Assembly: GCA_050012495.1 (NCBI GenBank)
Contig: JBEKHB010000012.1
Coordinates: 5,874-69,873, forward strand
Reading direction: 5' to 3'
Length of the DNA: 64,000 nucleotides
Source: Syntrophorhabdales bacterium
Lineage (GTDB): Bacteria; Desulfobacterota; Syntrophorhabdia; Syntrophorhabdales; WCHB1-27
A model generated the notes under the pieces. That model worked only from the letters and a program-made list of their open reading frames with translations. It had not been told where the DNA came from and ran no database searches. This document shows, piece after piece, positions 54,261 to 62,870 of this stretch. Every line of letters starts with the position of its first letter. Within the stretch, counting starts at the first letter, position 1. The translations under genes were made by a program, and so were the position numbers.

Positions 54261-55031
54261 TCACCTCTCCCACTCTTCCTGATAAATGGTGATATTCACA
54301 AAGTTATAGGGGGGCCAGGGTCCTGCGTACAAAAACCATATTCTTTCTTTGTAGGCGTCGCTAACCTCCTCCATGACATTGTCAAATTCTTTCTCCCTCC
54401 CTTTGCTCACCAAAAATGAGCCATTCATGAACATCCCGTCGCCAATGGTAGTGTTCAGCTTATAATCGAATGCCGATGTCTTTAATGCAGCAACAATCCT
54501 TTCGGCGTCTTCCGCCTTTTTGTGCTTCAGTGCAGCCTCGACAAGTTTGCCCAGTTCTATTTTTGCCTGAATATTCTCCCGCTGCACGTCCCCTTTCGGC
54601 GTTCTCCTTATTTTTTTGATCTCTTTGCTCTCCTCTGCAATCTCCCTGAAGATAATGTCCATATCTTTCCACAGCCCCTTCACGCCAAGCTCCACCTTGT
54701 GATCCATGTCCCTCAGAACATTCTTGAATTCCCTGTACCTTTTGAATAACAGGCTCCTTATCTCATCGGCACTCGAGGCAATGGTACAGAACCTCACCGG
54801 CAACACAGTATGCTCCTTCATCACCTCTTCAATAACCTTTTCGTGAGCCAGGATGTTGTCCCGGTTCACCACAAGCTTCGTTAAAGGGTGAGCGCTGATT
54901 ACCATTGCAAGGTCATCGATACCGATAGTGCCCACCTCGTCGCCCCTGCTCCCGATGCCGATAGGGCCAAATGTTCTGTCTTGTTTTGCGTTGATGATGC
55001 AGTATATATATTTTCCTTCACGATCCATCAT
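54261..55031 (-). CDS. GvpF/GvpL-family gas vesicle protein (paralogue 2)
   Basis: KYIYCIINAK...LAMVISAH...HEKVIEEVM...YAGPWPPYNF. ATG 55031 overlaps the upstream stop (ATGA). The track start at 55106 is inside the upstream gene. Confidence 0.9.
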   Translation of the reverse strand: MMDREGKYIYCIINAKQDRTFGPIGIGSRGDEVGTIGIDDLAMVISAHPLTKLVVNRDNILAHEKVIEEVMKEHTVLPVRFCTIASSADEIRSLLFKRYREFKNVLRDMDHKVELGVKGLWKDMDIIFREIAEESKEIKKIRRTPKGDVQRENIQAKIELGKLVEAALKHKKAEDAERIVAALKTSAFDYKLNTTIGDGMFMNGSFLVSKGREKEFDNVMEEVSDAYKERIWFLYAGPWPPYNFVNITIYQEEWER

Positions 55032-56053
55032 TGTTCCTTTACCGTGACGATTATCGAATTTTCTGCAAAGTCTTCTTTTTTGAAAGAACACGCATCGTGT
55101 TGACAATATGCTGAAAGCAGCCTGTATGCATTGGTGATTTCAATATATTCCGTTTCTGTCTCGCCATTTTGCCTGTCGGACTGCTTATCGGGATGATACA
55201 CAGAGGCATATTTCCTGTAGGCCTTTTTTATCTCGTCTTTCGTTGCAAAGGCGTTCAGAGCAAGTTTTTCCTTTGCCCGCTCAATTTCGTCGTACTGCAA
55301 TTGTTCTATCTCAAGCACATAAAAGTTATATGGTGGAAGTGGACCGACGCACTTGAAATGGACCTTTCCGCCAAAACTGCCGCTTAATTCATCCAGCCTT
55401 TCTTCAAAACGGATGTGCCTGGGCTTGTCGATAAAGAAGGCTGCATTCATGATTGTCGCGTCATTCAGCATCGTATATTCTTTTATGCTCCGGCACAGGT
55501 CTTCCAATGAGTCCTTTATAGTGAGGGCGTATTCATGTTTTTTCTTATCCAGACAACTTTTAATGAGCATGCCTGCTTTCATTTGATCATCGACCGTGAT
55601 GCCCGCCTTCTTGTTGAAAAGGACCTGTTTTACTGCCCTTACCTCTTCTTCTTCGGATACCTCTTGTATGACCGCATGAAGATCGACCCAGGTGGCGACG
55701 ACATCAAGCTCTATCCTGCCTTCGATCTTTGCAAAAACCTCTTTAAACACGTGGTATCCCTTCATCAGGGCCAGCATCACCTCATCTTCACCGAGCACAT
55801 ACGTGCCCAGCCTCGCAGGGATGACGGTAAACGCCTTCATCAACTTTTCCATCACCACCTGATGCTCGATGAGGCGCCTTGCCGCAGCGTCGCCCGGCAG
55901 CTTTCCATAGTCAATTATCTCGGAATCACCCACTGCCGCAGAAACATCCTTATAAGGGACGGTGTAAATGCCGTGTGAAGTGAGCATAGTTGAACCCGCC
56001 GCATGGGATTCATTATTGATCACGCCATATATGCACTTACCTTTATCGTTCAT
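55028..56053 (-). CDS. GvpF/GvpL-family domain fused to a C-terminal DnaJ-type J domain
   Basis: Residues 1-245 form a GvpF/L fold (CIYGVINNE...HQVVMEKLM...[10 protein letters not shown]). Residues about 255-316, [33 protein letters not shown]...[14 protein letters not shown], form a J domain with its HPD at nt 55187-55195. Confidence 0.9.
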   Translation of the reverse strand: MNDKGKCIYGVINNESHAAGSTMLTSHGIYTVPYKDVSAAVGDSEIIDYGKLPGDAAARRLIEHQVVMEKLMKAFTVIPARLGTYVLGEDEVMLALMKGYHVFKEVFAKIEGRIELDVVATWVDLHAVIQEVSEEEEVRAVKQVLFNKKAGITVDDQMKAGMLIKSCLDKKKHEYALTIKDSLEDLCRSIKEYTMLNDATIMNAAFFIDKPRHIRFEERLDELSGSFGGKVHFKCVGPLPPYNFYVLEIEQLQYDEIERAKEKLALNAFATKDEIKKAYRKYASVYHPDKQSDRQNGETETEYIEITNAYRLLSAYCQHDACSFKKEDFAENSIIVTVKEQ

Positions 56054-58260
56054 GCGTCACCCTGTCCCGCGGAAATAGATTCTTTCTGCTTTTGCACCAA
56101 TCGCAATGCCTCCTCGAAATGCCTCTTCGATATAGTAAGTTGCGCGCGCGCGTTGGGTTTCGCGTTTTGGGTGTGGTTTACATATTCCCTTATGGTCAAC
56201 ATAGACGCTTTCCGGCAAATAAATTCTATGTCCGATCCTGCCAGGCCGACGGTCTCTTTTGCGAGCGCCCGCAAATCCACATCCTTGCCAAGAGGTTTGT
56301 TCTTCGTATGGATCCCAAATATGGATAAACGTGTGTCTTCATCAGGAAGGGGCAGCTCGATGACAAGATCGAATCTTCCACCTCTCAGGAGCGCCGGGTC
56401 AATCATATCGAGCCGGTTGGTAGCGGCCAGCACCACCACTCCCTTGAGTTCTTCAATACCGTCCATTTCGGCCAGGAACTGGCTCACAACCCGTTCCGTC
56501 ACGCCTGACTCGGCAATCCCCGAACCCCTTCTCGGCACTACGGCGTCGATCTCGTCAAAAAATATGATAGCCGGGGAAGCCTGTTTTGCTGTTTTGAAGA
56601 CTTCACGGATGCCCTTCTCACTTTCACCCACAAATTTTGACATGAGACTCGGCCCCTTTATGGAGATAAAATTGACTTTCGTCTCGCTTGCAACCGCTTT
56701 TGCAAGTAAGGTTTTTCCCGTACCCGGCGGTCCATGAAGGAGAATCCCCTTGGGCGGGTGTGTGCCGGCAGCTCTAAAGACATCAGCGTACTTAATGGGC
56801 CATTCTACCGCCTCCTTCAATTCCTGTTTGATCTCTTCGAGGCCGCCCACGTCATCCCATCGCACATCGGGCACCTCGACAAACACCTCCCGTATGGCAG
56901 AGGGTTCAACCTCTTTCATGGCATCCAGGAAATCGTCCATAGTCACTTCCAGCTTGAGGAGCGTCTCATAAGGGATTTCATCCACGTCGAAATCAATCCG
57001 CGGTAAAATCTTCCGGAGTGCAGACATGGCTGCCTCCCTTGCCAGCGCCTCCAGGTCCGCACCAACGAAGCCATGGGTAATCTCGGCCAATTTTTCCAGA
57101 TCGACCCCGTCGTGCGCTTCACCGCTTCCCTGACCGGGTTCTCCTGAGAGGGGCATACCCCTCGTATGGATCTGCAATATATGCAGTCTTCCGTTTCTGT
57201 CCGGAATGGGGATTGAAATCTCCCTGTCGAACCTCCCCGGTCTCCTTAGAGCCGGGTCGAGGGTATTGGGAATATTTGTTGCCCCGATGACAATTACCTG
57301 TCCCCGCGACTGCAATCCGTCCAGGAGCGACAGGAGTTGGGCGACAACACGCCGCTCAACCTGTTTTTCTCCGCCCATGTCTTCCCTTTTCGGCGCAATG
57401 GCATCAATTTCATCAATAAAGATTATCGAAGGGGTATGCTTCTGGGCATCATCAAATATGGACCTGAGACGCGCTTCGCTTTCTCCGTAAAATTTACCCA
57501 TGATTTCCGGGCCGCTGATACTTGTGAAGTACGCCTCGGTCTCGTTCGCCACGGACCGGGCGATCAATGTCTTCCCTGTGCCGGGAGGCCCATAGAGCAG
57601 TACACCTTTAGGCGGGTCAATTCCGAGTCTCTCGAATATCTGCGGGTATTTCAAAGGCAGCTCGATCATCTCCCTGATTCTTTGAATCTGATACCCCAGT
57701 CCTCCGATGTCTTCATAGGAAATCTTCGCGATTTTCGGCTCACCTGCCTCCCTCGATTCTATTTCTATTTGTGTTGCCGGATTTATCGCCACCACGCCGT
57801 CGGGGGTAGTAGTGAGAACCTTGAAATCGCTTGACCGTGAGCCAAAAAGCGTCACCCTTACCCTGTCTCCCGTGATTACAGGCAGACCCTCGATCAGCGT
57901 GCCGATATACCTGGCATCCCTATCTTTTTGAGGCAGGCTTGAAAGGGTTAGGGGGGAAAGCTTTACCCTTGCTGCACGCTTGTGATCGACCTTCAGAACC
58001 TTTACCTTCTCGTCTATGCCGACCTTGGCATTCTCCCTCGTTATGCCGTCCATCTGTATGATCTTTTTTCCTCTCTCTTCAACATAACAGGGCATCAGCT
58101 TCACCGGGGTCTTTCTTTTCCCTTCAATCTCCACGATATCGCCGACATCCAATTCGAGCAGCTTCATGTCCTCGGGGTCAATCCGGACAATGGCCCTCCC
58201 CACGTCCTTCGGCAACGCCTCTTTCACTTTGAAAGCCGGGGGCGACTCTTCATCTTTCAT
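56050..58260 (-). CDS. Cdc48/VCP/p97-type double-ring AAA+ ATPase
   Basis: N-terminal Cdc48-like domain ([29 protein letters not shown]). Two AAA modules with [14 protein letters not shown] and [14 protein letters not shown], plus Walker B IIFIDEID and IIFFDEID. Length 736 aa. Confidence 0.95.
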   Translation of the reverse strand: MKDEESPPAFKVKEALPKDVGRAIVRIDPEDMKLLELDVGDIVEIEGKRKTPVKLMPCYVEERGKKIIQMDGITRENAKVGIDEKVKVLKVDHKRAARVKLSPLTLSSLPQKDRDARYIGTLIEGLPVITGDRVRVTLFGSRSSDFKVLTTTPDGVVAINPATQIEIESREAGEPKIAKISYEDIGGLGYQIQRIREMIELPLKYPQIFERLGIDPPKGVLLYGPPGTGKTLIARSVANETEAYFTSISGPEIMGKFYGESEARLRSIFDDAQKHTPSIIFIDEIDAIAPKREDMGGEKQVERRVVAQLLSLLDGLQSRGQVIVIGATNIPNTLDPALRRPGRFDREISIPIPDRNGRLHILQIHTRGMPLSGEPGQGSGEAHDGVDLEKLAEITHGFVGADLEALAREAAMSALRKILPRIDFDVDEIPYETLLKLEVTMDDFLDAMKEVEPSAIREVFVEVPDVRWDDVGGLEEIKQELKEAVEWPIKYADVFRAAGTHPPKGILLHGPPGTGKTLLAKAVASETKVNFISIKGPSLMSKFVGESEKGIREVFKTAKQASPAIIFFDEIDAVVPRRGSGIAESGVTERVVSQFLAEMDGIEELKGVVVLAATNRLDMIDPALLRGGRFDLVIELPLPDEDTRLSIFGIHTKNKPLGKDVDLRALAKETVGLAGSDIEFICRKASMLTIREYVNHTQNAKPNARAQLTISKRHFEEALRLVQKQKESISAGQGDA

Positions 58261-58278
58261 TGTTGCCGTTCCTCCGTT

Positions 58279-59217
58279 TTATTGAAACAGCAATTCCTTA
58301 AAGTCATTCAAGGCATCGATACCCTTCACTTCCCGCGGGCGCAGCGGGACAAGTGTTATCCGGGTAGTGCCCATTTGTTCTCTCAAGTAATTGATGTAGT
58401 CTTCCTCTCCTTTCCTTTTTTCTTTGCAAAATTCACAATGGTCATTCAACGGCACTACATTGTTGACCACCAATTGTTTTATTGTTATCCCGTATTTATT
58501 CAATTCAGCGATCATCTTCTCTGCCTCCCGGACAGCCATGTATTCCGGTATTGTCACCACGATGAATTCACACCTTTTAAGGTCTTTAAAGAGGCTGCGT
58601 ATCCTGGCGACGGTTCTTTTCATCTCCACAAGAAAATCATCGCCTTCGTCGGGTTTATAGGCACCGCCGAGGGTTGTCAAAACATAGCGGTATTTCCATC
58701 TCATCTTTGCCATGACCCTGATCCATTCATCGAGCATGCCCGGCAGCGTTAAAAGCCTCAGGGCATGACCCGTGGGCGCCGTATCGACAACGACCTTATC
58801 AAATCTCCCCTCTTCAATCAGGTCTGTTATGGTCTTTAACCCCATAACTTCATCTAAACCCGGGATCGGAAGTGACAGGACCGATTCGATATCTTCCGAA
58901 TCCAGATAGGTTGACGTGTCGATAATCTTTTTTATCTGTTCTTCGTACCGCACCTTGAAGGCTGAAAAAGTTTTTTTTGCGCTTATCTCAATCGCACTCA
59001 GATTTGTTACGCCTTTAATGTCCTGAACTCCATCTCCGATCTTCTGTCCCAGACTGTCCGACAGGGAATGGGCCGGATCGATAGAGATAATTAACGTGTG
59101 GCATGTTTCCGACAAATGCAGACCGGCACTTACCGCGCACGTTGTTTTTCCAACGCCGCCCTTGCCGCCGAAGAGAATCAGTCTCAAAGGGGCATCCCTC
59201 AGTCCGGTCAATCCCAT
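58279..59217 (-). CDS. ArsA/Get3 (TRC40)-family P-loop ATPase, single-domain
   Basis: Deviant Walker A FGGKGGVGKTT and family signature VVDTAPTGHALRLL. Length 312 aa. Confidence 0.9.
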   Translation of the reverse strand: MGLTGLRDAPLRLILFGGKGGVGKTTCAVSAGLHLSETCHTLIISIDPAHSLSDSLGQKIGDGVQDIKGVTNLSAIEISAKKTFSAFKVRYEEQIKKIIDTSTYLDSEDIESVLSLPIPGLDEVMGLKTITDLIEEGRFDKVVVDTAPTGHALRLLTLPGMLDEWIRVMAKMRWKYRYVLTTLGGAYKPDEGDDFLVEMKRTVARIRSLFKDLKRCEFIVVTIPEYMAVREAEKMIAELNKYGITIKQLVVNNVVPLNDHCEFCKEKRKGEEDYINYLREQMGTTRITLVPLRPREVKGIDALNDFKELLFQ

Positions 59218-59229
59218 TGAGAATCCCCT

Positions 59230-59766
59230 TCATTTCTTTATCGTAATCTCAAGTATGCCGTTCTTAAAAGAAGAGGCAAGGGTCTCGCTTTTCCCCTTTG
59301 CGGGAAGGAGAAGCTCCTTGCGATATTTTTTGTCTCCGCTTTTCGCGGAAATATTGAGTATGTCCCCCAACAGGTCCATCTTTATGTCGTTCTCATTCAC
59401 CCCGGGCATTTCCGCGTAGACACGGATTTCATCTTTTTCGTCAAAAACATCGGTAATCGGCTCCCTTTCTTCTTCGACCTTTGCTCCGCGAGGGGTTTTT
59501 TTAATATTGCCGAAATGTTCGACAACCGGTTTTCCTCCTGTGGCCGTCTTTATGGAAAACCCGAAGACGCCTTTCATGCCCTCTTTCAGGTCGCTTAAGT
59601 CTATGGCGCCTTCTTTCTTTATTTCACCGCCTGCTTTTTCCATCTCGGATACGAGGTCCACCAGGTTTTGAACGCCTTTAAACAGGTCTCCCATCCCCAG
59701 GTCTCCCATTCCAAGCTCAATCTTGATTGAATCGTCGCGCTTTTTGCTGCGTTTTTTTTCCGCCAT
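59230..59766 (-). CDS. Small heat-shock protein (Hsp20/alpha-crystallin), GvpH-like context
   Basis: Alpha-crystallin domain ITDVFDEKDEIRVYAEMPGVNENDIKMDL...SSFKNGILEITIKK. ATG 59766 follows GGGGGGA. The N-terminal region is Lys/Gly-rich. Confidence 0.85.
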   Translation of the reverse strand: MAEKKRSKKRDDSIKIELGMGDLGMGDLFKGVQNLVDLVSEMEKAGGEIKKEGAIDLSDLKEGMKGVFGFSIKTATGGKPVVEHFGNIKKTPRGAKVEEEREPITDVFDEKDEIRVYAEMPGVNENDIKMDLLGDILNISAKSGDKKYRKELLLPAKGKSETLASSFKNGILEITIKK

Positions 59767-59799
59767 TTCTCCCCCCCTTACATGTTCCGAACGCCGCAT

Positions 59800-60105
59800 T
59801 CAATACCTGATCGGCATTGTCCTCAAAGGGTTCGTCTTTGTGCACGCGGCGGTCTTTATCGCCCCGGCTTCCTGTATCTCCCCTTGTAATCCGGCAATCA
59901 GTTTATTTACGTCGCGCAACAAGCGACCGGTTATTTCCCGTTTCTTTTCCAGCGCAGCAACTTCTTTTTCCAGCCTGTCCTTCTCCCTTTTCAGCGAGTA
60001 CAGGTCAAGATAAGGGGACCTCTGAACCTTCGGGACCGACCGTGCGCCGATGGAATGCATGCTTCTCACGTTCCTGATTGTTGTGATCTCGTGCAAAGCT
60101 TTCAT
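59800..60105 (-). CDS. Hypothetical coiled-coil protein (101 aa) between gvpN and the sHsp gene
   Basis: GAGGAGG RBS. A heptad-like segment LYSLKREKDRLEKEVAALEKKREITGRLLRDVNKLIAGLQGEIQEA. No family recognised. Confidence 0.6.
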   Translation of the reverse strand: MKALHEITTIRNVRSMHSIGARSVPKVQRSPYLDLYSLKREKDRLEKEVAALEKKREITGRLLRDVNKLIAGLQGEIQEAGAIKTAACTKTNPLRTMPIRY

Positions 60106-60148
60106 GCGGTCATCCTCCTCGCGATGACTTGATCAGGGCGAATTGGTG

Positions 60149-61066
60149 TTAGTTCATATGTGTGGCCACCAGGCCCTCGACAATCTCCTTCACCCTGTTT
60201 TGATTTGTCTTAGAGCCTACCCTGCTCGTCACGGAAGCCAGTATGTCCTGACACATCCGGCTGAAAGCCCCGTTTGAACGGGATGGTGAAATGTTCCGGA
60301 CCTTCGCTGCCTTTGCAATCATTATGCAGGCACGAATTGTCGGTGCGAATTCGCACTTGCCCGATTCTCTCAGATCCCTCACGATCCGCACTATCTTCTC
60401 TACATCTTTTTTGGGAAGTCTGGATTTTGCGCGGGTAATGGCCACCTCCGTATCATAGTCAAAATGGTCTAAATCCATCGTTACCATTCTGTCCCTCAAG
60501 GCATCCTGACTTCTGTGCACTCCTGCATATTCCTCAGGATTACTTGTAAATATCGCGGTAAAATGCGGGTGCACCTTAAGGTATGGCCCCTCTCCCCCCC
60601 TTTCCGAGGGCAAATCCATAATCCGTTCCTGCAGAATAGACAAAAGGATATTATTCGCCTCCGGACGCGACCGTGTAAACTCATCGTAGATGAGGGTGAA
60701 TCCGGCCCTGCATGCCACGGTCAGACGGTTGTCAACCCATCTCTTGACCATGTCTTCTTCCGTCTTGAGAACCCTTGAGACAAAACGGTCCACCACTTTT
60801 CTCATCCTGTAGCCATATTCACCACCTACAAGATTGGATGTGGTCAACTCCTCATCTCCATGAATTAGGACAACCGGTCTCCCTATCTTGTGTGCGACAT
60901 GCATGGCGAGGGTAGTTTTACCGGTGCCTGAAACCCCTCTGAAATGCACCGGAAAACCCGCCTTGATGTAAGAAATCGCTCTGCCGGCGGTATCCTTTAT
61001 GTAGTTCGTTTCCACAAAATCATGCAAAGCAGATGGTTCTAAGAGCGTTGCGTTCTCCTCAATCAT
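60149..61066 (-). CDS. gvpN: Gas vesicle protein GvpN (MoxR-like AAA+ ATPase)
   Basis: FRGVSGTGKTTLAMHVAHKIGRPVVLIHGDEELTTSNLVG and LIYDEFTRSRPEANN match GvpN. Length 305 aa. Confidence 0.9.
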   Translation of the reverse strand: MIEENATLLEPSALHDFVETNYIKDTAGRAISYIKAGFPVHFRGVSGTGKTTLAMHVAHKIGRPVVLIHGDEELTTSNLVGGEYGYRMRKVVDRFVSRVLKTEEDMVKRWVDNRLTVACRAGFTLIYDEFTRSRPEANNILLSILQERIMDLPSERGGEGPYLKVHPHFTAIFTSNPEEYAGVHRSQDALRDRMVTMDLDHFDYDTEVAITRAKSRLPKKDVEKIVRIVRDLRESGKCEFAPTIRACIMIAKAAKVRNISPSRSNGAFSRMCQDILASVTSRVGSKTNQNRVKEIVEGLVATHMN

Positions 61067-61167
61067 TCGGGTTTTCCTCCCAAAATATTTTTCATGCCAC
61101 TGCAGATCCTTTTCCCTTCCCTTAAATCCGCCCTCACTCCCCCTTCTCTTCTCTTGAAATCATCCTT

Positions 61168-61197
61168 AAAAAAACTGTCGGCTCCGCACCTTGAGCC
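61168..61197 (-). terminator. Weak intrinsic-terminator-like hairpin plus T-run after the GvpC-like gene
   Basis: On the minus strand: GGCTC-aaggtgcg-GAGCC, then gacaGTTTTTTTA. The stem is only 5 bp. Confidence 0.3.
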
Positions 61198-61199
61198 CG

Positions 61200-62144
61200 T
61201 TAAACCCGATAATAAAGACCGCCCTCTTTTCTGATCTTGCCTTCATCCAGCAGTTTTTTTGCCAGTACACCCAATCTCAATCTGGGCACACCGAAAACCG
61301 GCTCCATGTCGCCAACCCTTACCCCGTTGTGCTGCTGATTGATGTATCCCAGAACCTTTTCTTCAATATCAACGTCCTGATGTGGCTTTTCTGCGTGCGG
61401 CCTCTCTTCTTCGATTGCCTCCCGGACCGCAGCAACCTTATTGTGGATTTCGACGGATGGCATTGCGGTCTCCACTTTTAAACCGGTGAGCGTTCCTTCC
61501 CAGAAGTGTCCCGCCTGCGTCATATCCGTATGGTATTCCTGCAAAAGTTTCCCGACCCCACGTGCTATATCGTTTGCATACGCAGCCAGGCTTTTTCTCA
61601 AGGCATCGCTCATCTCGCCATGAGATGCGTCAAATTCTTTCAGTTTATTCTTGACATAGCTTTCGATGTTTTTTACATCCCTTTCACGTCTGCTCTTACG
61701 CTCCGCCGACATCTCACCCCGTGTTCTTCTGAACTTGTTCACCATGGCGCCGGCATCCTTTGTGAGTGATGCGACAAACTCCGACAGGTCCTTTGCCTGT
61801 TCGCTGCCCATCTGACGGTGTTCTTTTAAAAATTGATCCAGCATCTTTTTGGTGTTTGTCGTGAGATTATGCGAAAACTCCGACAGATCCTTTGCTTGTT
61901 CGCTGCCCATTTTGTGATGCTTTTTGCGAAAGTCTTTCAGCATATCCTCCACGCTTTTGGATAGGCCACCCTGGAAATCCTGTAGGTCTTTGCGCTGCTT
62001 ACGACCCATGGCATGCCGTTCCTCCGCAAAATCCTCTACAGTCTTTTTTGTGTCAAGCAATAGATCTCCAAGGGCTTTTACTCTCACATTGCGCGAAGTA
62101 ACGATCTGTTCCGCCAAGTCTTTCATGCTGTGTGCCATAGCCAT
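61200..62144 (-). CDS. GvpC-like repeat protein (five consecutive 33-residue repeats) with a C-terminal winged-helix-like domain
   Basis: The M-G/S anchors at residues 46, 79, 112, 145 and 178 are spaced exactly 33 aa apart (HKMGSEQAKDLSEFSHNLTTNTKKMLDQFLKEH / RQMGSEQAKDLSEFVASLTKDAGAMVNKFRRTR ...). The 99-bp DNA periodicity is visible around 61750-61920. The C-terminus is EEKVLGYINQQHNGVRVGDMEPVFGVPRLRLGVLAKKLLDEGKIRKEGGLYYRV. Its position between gvpA and gvpN matches cyanobacterial gvpC. Confidence 0.7.
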   Translation of the reverse strand: MAMAHSMKDLAEQIVTSRNVRVKALGDLLLDTKKTVEDFAEERHAMGRKQRKDLQDFQGGLSKSVEDMLKDFRKKHHKMGSEQAKDLSEFSHNLTTNTKKMLDQFLKEHRQMGSEQAKDLSEFVASLTKDAGAMVNKFRRTRGEMSAERKSRRERDVKNIESYVKNKLKEFDASHGEMSDALRKSLAAYANDIARGVGKLLQEYHTDMTQAGHFWEGTLTGLKVETAMPSVEIHNKVAAVREAIEEERPHAEKPHQDVDIEEKVLGYINQQHNGVRVGDMEPVFGVPRLRLGVLAKKLLDEGKIRKEGGLYYRV

Positions 62145-62159
62145 GGCTGCCTCCTTTTT

Positions 62160-62867
62160 CTATGGATCACGCTGTGTGTCGGTTTGCTGGTTCCCGCCTT
62201 TTTTTCTGAATGTACTGAGCATCTTTTGCACGCCTTCTTTCCTTTCCCGCTGCTGCGCTGCCCTTTCCCTGGATTGAGCCTCAAACTGCTTGAGCATCGT
62301 TTTTAAATCTCTTATCCTGAGCTCCCTCCCTTTGGAAAGAAGTTCCCCAAGGGAGCGAGATAACTGACCTTGTTCTTTTTGAAGTATCTTCAGTGTGGCG
62401 GCAAGTTCCGCCTTTCTCTCTTCCTGCTTTTTAAGAATATCCGTGAGCACCTCATGGAAGTCATTGATTCTGCCGATATTGTCCGTGTTCAGGCCATCCT
62501 TGAATGTTCCCAGATTTTCCTTGAGCCGCCTTGCCATTTCTCTCTGCTCAGTGAGATAGTTGTGAAGCAGTTTCCTCACCGCTCTCTCTCTGTCATCTTG
62601 AGAGAGGAGAATGGTATTCATCATCGCGTCAAAATCCTTTTTCCTGAGAGATTCGTTCCTCGCAAGGGTCTCGCGAAGCCGAACGTGTAATGCCTCCTTT
62701 TCCTCCTTTCCATGTGACATTGATTCCTGAAATTCACCAAGAACCATTTGCGTGTTGTCAATGATGAGGCTCATGCTCTGAAGCTTTTCCTCATAGGAAG
62801 AAATAATTCCTTCAACTACATGAGTCGCATTTACGCTGTCTGTCATTGGGGCCCTTGGGTCCGGCAT
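62160..62867 (-). CDS. Hypothetical charged coiled-coil protein (235 aa) directly downstream of gvpA
   Basis: Long helical, charged sequence with recurring (K/R)D(F/L)..M(M/L)..(I/F) motifs (KKDFDAMMNTIL, INDFHEVLTDIL, IRDLKTMLKQF) that resemble motifs in the neighbouring GvpC-like protein. Confidence 0.65.
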   Translation of the reverse strand: MPDPRAPMTDSVNATHVVEGIISSYEEKLQSMSLIIDNTQMVLGEFQESMSHGKEEKEALHVRLRETLARNESLRKKDFDAMMNTILLSQDDRERAVRKLLHNYLTEQREMARRLKENLGTFKDGLNTDNIGRINDFHEVLTDILKKQEERKAELAATLKILQKEQGQLSRSLGELLSKGRELRIRDLKTMLKQFEAQSRERAAQQRERKEGVQKMLSTFRKKGGNQQTDTQRDP

Positions 62868-62870
62868 TAA

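Noticed and set aside
56003-58752. Plus-strand ORFs (244, 165 and 256 aa) antisense to the Cdc48-like and ArsA-like genes
   Set aside because: They are hydrophobic or low-complexity translations without motifs. The minus strand carries Walker A/B motifs and family signatures.
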